Assembly: GCA_010093705.1 (NCBI GenBank)
Contig: MU006092.1
Coordinates: 564,623-628,622, forward strand
Source of the DNA: Patellaria atrata CBS 101060
Taxonomy: Eukaryota
Length of the DNA: 64,000 bases
Direction of reading: 5' to 3'
The notes beneath the pieces are model-generated. The model was given only the letters and a program-made list of their open reading frames with translations, made no database searches and was not told the origin of the DNA. The position numbers were made by a program, and so were the translations under genes. This document shows, piece by piece, positions 25,980 through 38,165 of this stretch (positions within the stretch are counted from its first letter, which is position 1; each line of letters opens with the position of its first letter).

Positions 25980-28679
25980 GATGGTGGGTCGGTACGGGAG
26001 TTCGAGTCATTAATTTTCACATTTATACGGGACGGAAAGTATGTTCGTTCGGTGGAATATATTCTTGATATCGTATAGACAACGTTTGAGTCGATGCCAT
26101 TCATGTACTCCTGGCTACAAGCTACTTCCTACACCTCAGATGAGGGCCATATCCTCCCCAGCATGCTCTCTATCACCTATCCCAGCACGGCTAGCATTTG
26201 TCAACTCCTATACGCTCGTTGAATGCTTACTGAACCTGTGATTGCCTCGTATGATCCGCATCCCCGTTTACTTGTACTGCACGAGCAAGTGTTACGTACG
26301 GCTGGACGTCATCAGTACATTTAGGCTTCTCTATACGGGAGAGTGTAGGGTACAGTAGACAAGGATGTCGCTTACGAAGGGTTGAGCTGGGTTGTTCGTT
26401 ATCACTGGGAATTGTTCAGATATTTAGTTCTAGATTAGCCCGGGGTTTGTACTATGATGAGTGATATTTGCACGGATCACTAATTTTGGATGGTCCAGTC
26501 ATTTTGTATTGTATCAGCCAGTCATTCTGTACGGGCCAGTCGATTGGGTACAACAACGCAGAGACATACCCAGAGACAAACGGTACCACACAACCATCAT
26601 CTGTACCAACGGAAACTGGGCGACTCTCGTGGCCAGGGTGCAGTATCTAAAGTCTGGAGTGCCCTTATTCTATTCTATAAGGTTCGCTGTCATCATCTGA
26701 GGTCCTTAAGGGTATTGTCTGGAAGACGAAGCAGGTCTCCTTACGGAGTACTCTCTTCAGGCTACCCTGTCTACTCTGAAGCGAGTCATTCACCTGAATC
26801 ACTTGTCAAAGAATCAACTGCTTTTTCTTCGAAGCTACATCATTTGACAGAGTTGGAACATGACAGAGGTGGCGTAGCCGCGCTGAAAAAAAGCTCGGAT
26901 AGGGGCTCCATGATAATGAAAAAACGCTCTGACTACAATTGTAGGTTGAGCTTCAACATAGCGGGAACAGGGTATCGGTTTTGAGTTTTCAACCTCTTCT
27001 TCTCTATCGACACTACACGGGTGATAACGCGGCTTATACGGCCGTAGTATCCAGGCTTGAAGACAGTAAGTGAACGGGAGACCTTATACTTGCCTATATT
27101 GATCCCTATATCGCGTCATTTTCTCGCCCGTATCTTCGCTTACCCTAGCGATGTGTACTGGAGTTATAGAACTACGGTCCGCTCTGACTACCTGTATGTG
27201 CCCCACAACCACATGTCGTACAAACAAACTCATTCTCGGGCCGCTCCAGATCCCCTTCAGGGTCGAAAACGGCCATAAGCTCGTCTTTCTATACCGTAAC
27301 CGGAAGAGCGTGCCCGGATGTGGCAAAGCTTGGCTGACTTGGCATGCCTGTTTCAGCTCCAGCTCTTCATAGAGACAGGAGTTATATGGTCAGGTCTGCC
27401 GGGAATCGCGCGGCTCGGACCCATGTTGATATAGTCGTTATCTCAATTGCCATGGAGATAGTTTGCGCCCAAGAGCCTTATTTTCTTCAATTTGAAAACA
27501 TATTGATAAAAGGAGCTTGGAAGAATTTGTACCCCACGAGGCTGTGACTGCGGGAAATGGTCAAAGAAATTTCACTTACCCACCTCTGAAGGTTACCTAT
27601 ATTATTTCTTCCGTACTGACCGAGCGTAAGGCTGAGACATTAAGGGTCGCTGGCCCTAACACCGAGTCTGGATGATCATCAGTCTGGGGTTAGTGCACCA
27701 ATGTAGGTATTTTCTCCAGAGAAACTCCTGGCGAGGATCAATGCACCATCAAGGAGCAGGGTCTTGGGCCAGCAGCATGTCAGATATGCACTGGGTTTGT
27801 TCTTTGACGCACTCTCTTGTTTATGTACACGTTGTCTTGACTTGGGCCACCAGGGTACGCTTCCTAGGGAGGATCTCTAGACTCTAGTTCCATGGAAGTG
27901 CCATGGCATGACAAGCACAGTACCTGGTCAAATCACTTTTTTCATGGACGAGTAGGTGGTGCTGGGTACGATTTGAGCCTCCGAGCTGCAATAAGACTCT
28001 ACTGTTGACTATGGACGGAAGAAAAGAATAAGACAAGATGGTATAGAGTAGAGACTAGGATTAGTAGGATCCAACTAGATCATTCTGATTACCTCCATCC
28101 ACAATCAACATACTGGGTAGCTGTCACTCTAGTTGACCGCTGTTATCCCTACCACAAAATGCCGATTCCTTTGGTATTGCGGTACGGGGAGCATGAAGTA
28201 TTTCCCTCTTTCAATCATGACTTGAAAACTTTGTGAGAGGTCGAATTTTGAGCCTTGGACTTCTAGAGGTCATCCTTTCCTAAGCTATATCTCGTAGTTC
28301 TTTCAGAGCCACTCAGTGCAAACAGTGATCTACAATTCTTGATTATTCTTCCCGTCTGCAGTCCATCAGCAAATCACAGAGTCCGTTTTCCACTACGTTT
28401 TTCTAAGGTATAAATGAAGCCCGGTACAAATGCTGCAGCTATCATCCAGCGACCAGGGAACGTGGAACTCAGCTCCTGATATTGACGCCACCTGCAGTGC
28501 CATGGTCGAGGTGCATATATAGCCCCCGATAAGTCAACTGCTTAAAAGAATCCTAGACGTGCTAGTTGCCTTCTAAAACCTGACTCGCCTTGTCCTCTTT
28601 AAGCTCTCAAAATCGCCGACCGAATTTGAAATAGAGCATTGCAAATCTCCATCTGCACCTATTCAGCACTAAACACAAG

Positions 28680-30893
28680 ATGGAAGACAAAACCTCCAAG
28701 GAGATTACCGCGGTCACGGTTCCATTATTTACTCCGACTCCTATGGAAGAGTCATTCAATCCTCTAGAAGAAGAGACCTCACCCCCTCACGGTGCAAAAC
28801 GGGCTCGAAGCCGATTTCTGAGCATTTTATATCATTTCATCTGTCTGCTTTGGATTGTCCCCATAGTTGCTCTCATTGCTCTCAATGTAACCGGGTATGT
28901 AGTGGGTGCGAGCTTTGGGTGTCCTCTTGGCTGCCAGATCACACCATTAGAACCAACTACCACGACAAGGAGAGCCATGCGGCTAGATGTCGACGACCGT
29001 AATGCACTTGGTGGCCTCCAGTTCGCAGCAAAAGCTCTAGAAATCTGGTTTATCGCAGTCATGGTTGCGTTGGTATACGATGTGACAATGTTTTACGCGA
29101 GGAAAGATGGAGGCGGTCTTCCCATGCAATACCTAATGTCTCCTTTGCAATTCGCTGATCTTCGGCAGTTGTTCTACCCGTCCTTTTGGACGTCTATTTA
29201 CTCCTTAGATGGGAAAGAGCACTGGATATCGCGCAAGAAGTTGATGCTCTACATATATCTCCACTTGTTGATCTTCTGCGGGATTATTTCGAACATTATG
29301 GGTCCTGCAACCGCGGTTCTCCTGTTACCAAAATCAGAATGGGTTGAAAGAGAGGTTTGGTCAGCTAAAACATTCAGTTCGTTCAAATCCAACGAAGTAC
29401 CTACGCCTGATGACTTTGACTTCGGTTGTCAGTCCCTTGTCGACAACCCGGGAGATTACCACTGCGCGTATCCGCTTGACAAATATATGGATCTCTTTCT
29501 GACAACCACATTTCTGGATAATGGGCGTCTTCAACACCTCTCCGAGGAAGATAACCTGTCGTTCGCTCTGAATAACTCAGATACTGGCCTACTGAACCAT
29601 ACAATGCGAGCTCCGAGTCGCCAGGTTCTGAGAGAAGTTCGGTATCTCAGAGACAAGTATGAGACAGCTGCGCAAGCTCCAACTTACCAGAATGCCTCTG
29701 ATATCTTGTCCGCTTACTACCCGGACGATCCAGAGGTGTCCTTCCCGAACTTCCGCCTCTTTCAAAACTCGATACAAGGCCAAATTGTTCATCTAGGACC
29801 CAGCGTGGAGTATGCTTCTGGATGTGCTTTCAACGTCTCTGAGATCGTGGTCTCCTCCGACCGATCCGTTCGATGTTACAATATGCCAAATCCCGATGGG
29901 TTAAATAATGACACTCCGGTACATCTCCCGTATCCAATTTCAGATCCCGAGCTAGATGTTTCCACGATCTGCATCAGAAATGGGTCCGGCTGGGGAGAGG
30001 CTACTGATTATACTCATATGCACGTTACGAACTCTAAACATGGAAATCTCTCAATCAATGTTTATTCAACTGAGGGAGCCATATATCTCGATTCGAAGAA
30101 ATTCGGCTGCGTTACCGGCGATCGGGTTCAAACAGAGTCATCATGCAATTGGGAAGCATGGTTCAACGATGAGATTCCCCAAGAATTTAAAGGAACGCTC
30201 ATGAACTCCCACATAGTCGAGTATGAGATTGACGAAGTAGGCGTCACATGGTGCCAGACGAGTGCATTCCTGAGGTTTTCGAATTATCAGTATGATCTTT
30301 CTAGTCTCACAAACCCCCTTAACCTCGTTGTGTTGGATAACGTTGGACCATTTATTGAAGGACAAGAACCTCTACGGATCCACCCGAGCTGGTTTCGTGC
30401 CGCATGGTCAGTAGGTCTAAACGACGAACCATTAACAGGGGAGAGAGATGCAACGGAGCTCATCGTCGGGGAGACAAAACGGTTGTATCCAACTGAACCA
30501 ATAACAAGATATCATGAAGCAATTATGGGCCAAGTCTTATCAATAATAACCCACGAGCAAGATACACTTAGCAGTTTCCCAACATCACCTCCAGGCGCAG
30601 GCCCGACTCCTCTTCTGAGATCCTTCTTCAGAAGCAGAGTCTGGTCCTATAATTTGGGGAGCCGAACCTCGAAGTTAGGAGTAATGGTCGCGGTTACTGG
30701 CTGCTTTATGGTCTTAATGCATTCCTTCGTAGCATTATTCATAGCTAAAAGGGTCAAAAGAGAGCCTTTAGATCTGGTTGTTGCTGGCCTGCTACAGAAG
30801 CCACCGGGGGGATTCACTGCAAATGCGACTTGGAACAGGGTGCGATTCGAGATGGACAACGAGTTAGGTGCAGAGTTTGTTTTAAGGCGATAG
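28680..30893 (+). CDS. Uncharacterised membrane glycoprotein (737 aa, single exon)
   Basis: About 3 N-terminal hydrophobic helices, a large Cys-containing loop with many N-x-S/T sites and one C-terminal TM helix; no catalytic motif recognised. Confidence 0.85.
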   Translation: MEDKTSKEITAVTVPLFTPTPMEESFNPLEEETSPPHGAKRARSRFLSILYHFICLLWIVPIVALIALNVTGYVVGASFGCPLGCQITPLEPTTTTRRAMRLDVDDRNALGGLQFAAKALEIWFIAVMVALVYDVTMFYARKDGGGLPMQYLMSPLQFADLRQLFYPSFWTSIYSLDGKEHWISRKKLMLYIYLHLLIFCGIISNIMGPATAVLLLPKSEWVEREVWSAKTFSSFKSNEVPTPDDFDFGCQSLVDNPGDYHCAYPLDKYMDLFLTTTFLDNGRLQHLSEEDNLSFALNNSDTGLLNHTMRAPSRQVLREVRYLRDKYETAAQAPTYQNASDILSAYYPDDPEVSFPNFRLFQNSIQGQIVHLGPSVEYASGCAFNVSEIVVSSDRSVRCYNMPNPDGLNNDTPVHLPYPISDPELDVSTICIRNGSGWGEATDYTHMHVTNSKHGNLSINVYSTEGAIYLDSKKFGCVTGDRVQTESSCNWEAWFNDEIPQEFKGTLMNSHIVEYEIDEVGVTWCQTSAFLRFSNYQYDLSSLTNPLNLVVLDNVGPFIEGQEPLRIHPSWFRAAWSVGLNDEPLTGERDATELIVGETKRLYPTEPITRYHEAIMGQVLSIITHEQDTLSSFPTSPPGAGPTPLLRSFFRSRVWSYNLGSRTSKLGVMVAVTGCFMVLMHSFVALFIAKRVKREPLDLVVAGLLQKPPGGFTANATWNRVRFEMDNELGAEFVLRR

Positions 30894-31311
30894 TTAACTT
30901 GGAAGAGCACAACCAGGCGAGGTGGTGAGAAGGTTACTGGTGTTACTTTATTCCGGCACTAAGGTTTTTGGTGCAGATGTCGATCCAGTTTTAACCTTAC
31001 CGTAGAACTACATATTACGTAGATTAACTCTTATCAAACCTAGTACAAATACCAATGTATGAAATTCGTGTTATCAGCCATAGTAAAGAAAAACGGTATA
31101 TCTATGTATTCAGTTTTGTACCAAACCTAATAAGACACTCAACTAGAACCGCCATAGTAGTAGTAGAAGGTGTTATAGCATATCATGACCTTGCCCCTTT
31201 TGGTCGAGTGATGACATATTTCGCTAAAGCTTGGAGGCCTGAAACAATTTGAATAGTACTGGAAACATTAAATCTGTAACATGTAGTTCTCATAACACAA
31301 TTTTCGTAAAT

Positions 31312-32316
31312 ATGTTACTTATACAAGACTGGTTCCCCCCCTCGAGGGAGAATTGGGAGCTCATCCTCAAGGTCTGGCAGTGGTTTCCAATTGTAAGTCT
31401 TCAATTGAACGGTCTCATAACATTGGATGGAACTTTGCATACTACGGCTCAGTTCTCACCAAAGCTCACAATGCTGTTCTGCAGGTCACAACCCTACAAT
31501 GGGTCCTAGAATGGTACCCAGCCGGCAAAACCTCGAACTCCTCCCCATTGAACCTCCCTGGAAAGTTCGCTTGGGCAGCAATGGAGTCGCCAGGCTTCAT
31601 AACACTCCTTTACATCATGTACACGCTACCTGAGCAAGAAGGCCTCTCATCCCTTCCCTGGCAGAACTGGACAATGGTAGCACTCTTTGTAGGCCTCCAA
31701 CCACCAATCCCAGTTTACACATCTAACCCCCAATTAGACAATCCACTACATCTACCGCGCCCTTTTGTCCCCTCTCCTACTCAACCCCACCATGTCTCCC
31801 ATCCACGTCTCCATCGCCAGTCTCGCAGTTCTCTTCCAGCTCTCCAACGCTCTCTCTCTCGGCGGTTGGCTCGGTGGTCATGGCCCCGTTACCCCCCATG
31901 ACTGGGCCGGCCACCTCCCCTACTTCTTCCTTGGCTTCCTCATCTGGACCCTCGGCCTCGCCCTCAACATCTTCCACGACGAAGATCTACGCGAGATTCG
32001 GCGCGCAGCCATGCGCAAACAACAACGGGTAGCGAAAGAGCAGGGAAAGCCGGTCGAAAGTGTGCAGAAGATATATATGGTGCCAAAGAATGGGCTGTTT
32101 AGGTGGATATTATTTCCTCATTATTTGTGTGAGTGGGTGGAGTGGACGGGATTCTGGATGATGGGGGGATGGCACTGTATGCCGGCGAGGTTCTTTGTGC
32201 AGAATGAAGTTGCGACGATGTTTCCTAGGGCATTGCAGGGGTGGAGATGGTATGTAGAGAGGTTTGGAAGAGAGAAGATTGGGAGTAGGAAGGCGATTAT
32301 TCCAGGGATGTTGTGA
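31312..32316 (+). CDS. 3-oxo-5-alpha-steroid 4-dehydrogenase (steroid 5-alpha-reductase) family protein, 3 exons
   Basis: WYPAGKTS, AWAAMESPGF, HYIYRA, NIFHDEDLREIR, VPKNGLFRWILFPHYLCEWVEW, RKAIIPG. Confidence 0.92.
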
Positions 32317-32653
32317 GGGTGGGTGGATTAGAAGAGCAGGTGAAAAATGTCATGAGTTAACAGCGTTGAGTATGAGCATATGCGAAAAATGATGGTAGGG
32401 AAACCAATTCATCTATATGAAAATGTGAACCGTCACTCTGATAAGGACCTCCTATAAAGACGTAGGCGGGCCTCTAACCGGTAAGGCATTATCTATCACC
32501 AAACTTATATTCAAGAAATGGGCAAAACGCCCGTGCCACTGTCCCAATATCTTTTCGCCATTTTATGTACCATTAATACTAAACGACAGCCTGAGTAATA
32601 CTACTCCGATCTCTACCTCCCCATCCTACTTAACCGAGCTGATGTGGAACCAT

Positions 32654-33392
32654 TTACAACGCGGCAAGGATCCCAGCAAAACCCACAAGACCTGCAGCGT
32701 ATTTCCCGGCTCCGTTGATCGCAGCGGCGCCTGTGCCGGTAGGTGTTGCAACCGTCTCCCCCAAGGTGCCCGTCGGAATAACGGTAACAAAACCGCCAGT
32801 AGGCGTCTCAACAGAGGTAATAGTGCCGGTCCTTGTGCATGAGCAGTCCGAGTCAAAGGTTGCAGTGGTATAAGTAGCAGTAGTCGGTTCAGGGGTGACA
32901 GTCATGGTGTGTCCAGTGTGTTCTTCCGTGTCTGTTGCAGTCTCGGAAGCGCTCTCCGTTGCGGTATCTGAAGCTGTCTCAGAGTCCTCATTGGACTGGG
33001 TAACGCGGCCTGTAGAGGAGGATTCTTCAGCTGAGCTGCTAGGACTGGATATGGATGTGGATTCTGGGACAGATGAAGATGACGAGGACAACATACGGAC
33101 GGTGTGCCCTTCGCCCTCGCAAATGGAGACGTAGGCGTCCATTGCGGCGCGCTTGAGATTACCATTGCAGACGCGGTTGATGATACGCTGCATACCAGGG
33201 CTGTCAGAGCCGCAAATGGCTGCGATGTCAGAGGGCTCTTCATGGGTGCTGTTCGATCGGTCAGAATCAAATCATAATTAGAAGTGTGTTTGTTTCATAC
33301 TTGACGGCAGCAAGCAGACAGGCCGGTGGAGTAGCAATAGCCAACTTCGAAACGGCAAGGAAGGCGAAGAAGAGGGTCGACTTAGAGAACAT
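32654..33392 (-). CDS. GPI-anchored Ser/Thr-rich cell-wall protein, 2 exons
   Basis: Signal peptide MFSKSTLFFAFLAVSKLAIA, PPACLLAAVN..AICG..C..C Cys domain, S/T/E-rich stalk, hydrophobic C-terminus (GAAAINGAGKYAAGLVGFAGILAAL). Confidence 0.88.
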
Positions 33393-34489
33393 GATGATAG
33401 ATGTTTGGTTGGCGCGCCTTGAGTGGTCTTCAATATGTTCCGGAAATTGGCTTTAAAAGAAAAGGGTATCGTTTGCAATGGGAGGTCCAAGAAGGCCGAG
33501 TGAGTGACAGAAAAACAACGAGTGTAAGTTAGTAAAGAAAGGAAATAAGTCTGTAGGTTAGTCTAAAGAATGTATGAAGGGTTGAAGGTGAAAAACAATC
33601 AATCGAGGACTGAGTTGGAGTGCGTAAAGAGGCGTTGAAGAGAAACCATCCCCTGGGCGTTTCGCGCTTGACGGATGAAGTTTAGACTGTTTCCCCTAAT
33701 CGCCATCCCATTTACAGTCTAGCTCACCTTGAGTGATATCTTCACAAAACTCTTCAACCTCACCTCTTCCCGTCAGATACCAAACGAGGTCTCCATATAC
33801 CCTTGGGATGTCATTAACCCGTTGACTTTCCACATTCCCGAGTGACCAAGATACACGAGCCTTTCTAATCCTGGTGATCTCTGATTCTGTGAGGACATCA
33901 GGTTCGCTTTAGGCCTACATACCATCCCCTCCAATTCTACAATTTCTCTTCCGCTTCATCAATTACTTCATTCCATTTGGAGCACTATATTATACACCCT
34001 TAGTCTTAAGTAGTATCAATCATTGTCAATACAGCACGATCGTACCTGCTAAGTGTGAGATTCAGTGAGTATGTTGAATAGACAGGCTCTGAGTACCCGG
34101 TACACCGACGCCAATCCCCCAGCCATGCTCGCCCGTCGCTACCGTAAATGCCAGTCAACCTAACAGAAAATATATTCATTCACTATATGCGTGTCGCACA
34201 TACCATAGGGGATAGAGTTTATCTCAAGGTTAACAGCCACAAGCTATGGGTGGAAAGAGGATGAAGGACGCAGTAAAGCCATCAGACTCAGATGAGGAAC
34301 CATTTGGCACAAGCAATGTACTCAGATGTTTGACAAGACGAGAATTCCTCTTCATAGTGTGCCCCTTGGGTACTTCTCAGCAATCGGAGGGCTGAAGGGT
34401 TTAAAACTCTAACATCAGACGAGAGTCAGGTTTTCAGCGCGATGAGTGGCTAGTATCATTTAACTACCCCTTAAATTCTCAACCTCATT

Positions 34490-35205
34490 GACATGTCACG
34501 CAGCTTGGACATAAGTCACCGTCCTTCCGCAGATGAGCACGCTAGCCACTTTAAGCTGAAGACGTTGAATCGTCGAACGTCTTAAAATCCAACCTCGCAC
34601 CTCGATTTTAAGCAACTAATCCTATGAACACATAAATGTAATCGTTTTATTCAATAACAACGCTAACAAATAATTTCTCTATGTTGACAAGATACAGTCG
34701 GAATATCCAAAGTCATCCCTCCAAAAACTTGCTATTAATATTTAGAGGAGCAGTAAGTTACTGTTTTTTGTCTCTCGTCTATATATCATCAAGTTCTCCC
34801 AGCTCCTCTCTTCGACTTCGTGGCCGGTTACCAACAAACGAAACAAACTACGTGCTAACCCCCAACCTCGCACCTATATTTTGAAGCATTCAGAACATGC
34901 TGCAGACAAATATAATTGTGCCCGTTCACAGTAACACTTATGTATAGTTTTCGAATGGAATATGTATCAATCAGTGTGCCTGAGTCTGCCTCTAGGAAAG
35001 TGCATGCTCAATTTGTGAGGAACTATGGGTTACGCTTTTCTGCATTCTTATCCACAGTCATCAGCCTTTCACATGCTATCCAGCTTCAACATCGTCATCG
35101 CTCCCCACAAACGAAACAAATAGGACACTTAGCCCCTTTGAGCCGGATACATAAATCGTCGAACGTCTTGACCCTCAACCTCACACCTCGGTTTTGAAGC
35201 ATTTG
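34490..35205. repeat. Three degenerate direct repeats at about 280-310 bp spacing
   Basis: aatcgtcgaacgtctt....caacctc(g/a)cacctcg.tttt.aagca at 34568-34614 and 35154-35201; caacctcgcacctatattttgaagcatt at 34863-34890; acaaacgaaacaaa at 34834 and 35107. Confidence 0.75.
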
Positions 35206-35887
35206 GCACACGAGCGGCACGATTATATTCGTAAGACCGACCCACGACTGATTTATAAAAAACTATGTATATGCGTCCCTTTATGGGATATACTATAATC
35301 ATCCCTTTAAAATTCAATACCCAAATCTTTAGAAATAGTAGTTTACTGGACTTTGGAGAACGGAGAGGCTTATTTCATACGACCCCTTAACGGAGGGATA
35401 TACCTCCAAACTTTGTACAGTACAAGGAACAACTAAGTCACGTCAAGCAGTTTTCTAAGACTAAAAGTTATGGTGAATTCAATGTTATTATATTCTCCTT
35501 TTGTCTCGAGTTTCTGTTACTATCCACCATGGTTATTTATTACGTATATCTACGCATCTCCCTGGCATTGAGAGCTACGGTTAATGTGGCATTGGTTATA
35601 TCATATGGCGTAGTTCTATCTTGATAATACTCTCGCCTCGGTGTTTTTTGAAGAGCTTCTCAATTCTTTCAGTGGAAAATAGACAATAAGAAGTGTACTC
35701 TATTGATTATAGACCAATATGTATGAATGGTTTCCGCAATTGACCCAATATCAGAATCAAATCCCGTCCTCGGTAGCGCTAACCCCTGACCCCACCACCC
35801 CCCACCATTACCCCTCCACCTTACGTTCTAACATTTCCTATCCAAGATTCAATCATTCTTGACATCTACAAACCCCTATATTTACGG

Positions 35888-36475
35888 ATGGCCGCCACCG
35901 ATCCCTTTGAAGCTCTTCTCAATCTCGAAGAAACCTACTACAACGAAGGCTATGCCCTAGGCACCTCCGACGGCTCTCGCGCGGGCCGCATCGAAGGCCG
36001 CCTCTTCGGCCTCGAAAAAGGGTTTGAGAAATTTGTTTCTATGGGCACATTGCACGGGAAAGCTACCATTCTAGCCGCAAGATTACCGCGGAAACGCTCC
36101 ACGGAAGAGGAAGGATTGGAAGAGAAGGAGCTAAGTACAGGCAATAAGAGAGGGGGAGAAGAGGTTATGCCGCAGTTAAAAGGTGGCGAGCGGCTGGAAA
36201 AGCATGTGAGGACATTGTATGCGCTTGTCAAACCTGAAAGTCTAGATACTAGGAATACGGAGGATGCGATTGCGGAGTTTGATGCCCGGCTTAAGAGGGC
36301 GCAGGCAAAGGTTAAGGTCCTTGAGAGGTTGATCGGGGAGGGGGAGAGGGATGGCAAGAAGGAAGATTTTGAAGGGACTGGGAGTCCGAAAAGAGTGAGC
36401 AGGGTGAAGGTCACGGCGAAGGTGGAGGCGGGGAGTATGGAGGATTTCGTTGCGCCAAAAGGGCTTGGGATTTGA
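35888..36475 (+). CDS. lto1: Lto1/ORAOV1-like Yae1_N-domain protein (Fe-S delivery to Rli1)
   Basis: DPFEALLNLEETYYNEGYALGTSDGSRAGRIEGRLFGLEKGFEKF, the GxxxG repeat typical of Lto1/Yae1. Confidence 0.85.
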   Translation: MAATDPFEALLNLEETYYNEGYALGTSDGSRAGRIEGRLFGLEKGFEKFVSMGTLHGKATILAARLPRKRSTEEEGLEEKELSTGNKRGGEEVMPQLKGGERLEKHVRTLYALVKPESLDTRNTEDAIAEFDARLKRAQAKVKVLERLIGEGERDGKKEDFEGTGSPKRVSRVKVTAKVEAGSMEDFVAPKGLGI

Positions 36476-36981
36476 GATGGAGGTTGAAGAGTTTAAACTA
36501 TAGGAAAGCGGCAAGACGACAGAAATTCTCGCACAGATACCCGTACCGTAGGTATTTGGAAACCCCGGGGTTATGGTTGGTTCCTAAACATGAGTCAAGG
36601 CACAGGAAGCCTTAAGAACTCTTCGGACTCTACAAGGCATCATCTGAGTCACAGAAGCTCATATTCAGACCAATTTGAGGAGTAGATAAGTATATCACAG
36701 GCAAGACGATCACAGTGAAGTATGTTACCAATATTTGGAGGCTATATTTCATTTAACGTCTCTTTAGATAAATAGCCGACTTTCTTCCCTGAATCCTGTC
36801 CTGGAAATCCGTTCACCGATAACCCTGCGATCTCTCATACACACAAACAATCTTTTCCTATGCCGTCTTATTCCTCCTTGAACGCCGTTAAACACCATGC
36901 ATACAATGACTCCGTTAAGACACTCTTAATACATCCTCATGCTGCGGAATTCCCCTAAGTCAAACGAGAAAGCGATGATGT

Positions 36982-38165
36982 CTATCGCTTCTTTGTTCCG
37001 GGTCTAGGCTTGCACTCGTCTCCGGAAACAGGGTGCAACATGATCTTGCAAGGATAATTGGGCTTGTTTTCTGAGTATCCTTTACTCCAGTCGTAACTGA
37101 TGCCATACGCGAAAATGTTGCCGTTCCGGTTGAAAGCGGTTGCCGAGATAGAGCCTCCAACTTCTGGATAACCCTTTAGACGATGTTTTGCGTCTTTATC
37201 CCAGAAGTGGAATGTGCCATCACTTCCGGCAGTGCTAAAGGTACCGTGTACCGGGTGGAACGAGATAGCGTTCACCGAGTAGACTTTCGATACGTCCCGT
37301 TGCGTCGGATCGGTTGCGCGGTGACACTTGAAGGAGAAATTTGAGCTATGGGAAGATCGATTTAGTATAATAGAGCTAATTATTATAATGCATGATGACT
37401 TACGAGGCGTCTTTGTCTTGAACATACTGGATTGCGCATCTGCCCTCAATGCTACCAATAGCAAACCCAGTAGCGTCCGTAAAGCAGCTTACAACTCTCG
37501 TCTGCCACTTTAGGGGACTTTGTACCCTTTTAAACACAGTTTGAGGGTTGCTTAGATCGATAATATTAATATAACGGTCTGCTGTAGCTACGGCGAGAAG
37601 CTTTTCTTTGACGCTCATTGAATACACGCGCTCCTGAACCGACACCGTTGCTGCAGGCGTCTGCTGTCGGATGTCCCAGTACTTGATTGTCTTATCCCAA
37701 GAGCCGGTAACCACCATATTCCCGACAGAAGGTGCGGTGAACATTGCTACGCAACGGATCGTATCGTCGTGTTGGGCAACAACTTGGCTCTGGCCGGATG
37801 CGACGTCAAACATGCGGGCTACTTTGTCTGCACCCGCGCTAACAACCTGCGCACCATCCTATGAATCGATTGATTAGTTGTAGTCTTGGGTATTATCGTT
37901 ATAGTAATCGTACCGGTGACCAAGCGCAGCTTAAAACAGCATTTTCGTGGTTGTAACTCGCTTTTCCTTCTGTAGATCCGTCGGCTTTGATTTCGTAAAT
38001 GCGCGTAGCCTTATCCCATGAAGCAACGGCGAGATAGTCCGCTTGTGGTGAGAAGGCAAGATCAGATACACTGTCAGACGGAGGTTGAGCGACAGCAACA
38101 TCTTTTGAGATATCGCCTTGCGTTGGGTTCGAAGGGCTGCTCGAAGAGCCGAAAAGAGACGACAT
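36982..38165 (-). CDS. rae1: Rae1/Gle2 (SonA) WD40 mRNA export factor, 3 exons
   Basis: PPSDSVSDLAFSP, LAVASWD, VTGSWDKTIKYWD, SPLKWQTR, GSIEGRCAIQY, FSFKCHR, TAGSDGTFHFWDKDAKHRLK, YDWSKG. Confidence 0.97.

Noticed and set aside
26000..27900. Many short ORFs and stop-interrupted protein-like frames
   Set aside because: No recognisable motif or consistent exon chain; possibly a decayed gene, needs tBLASTn.
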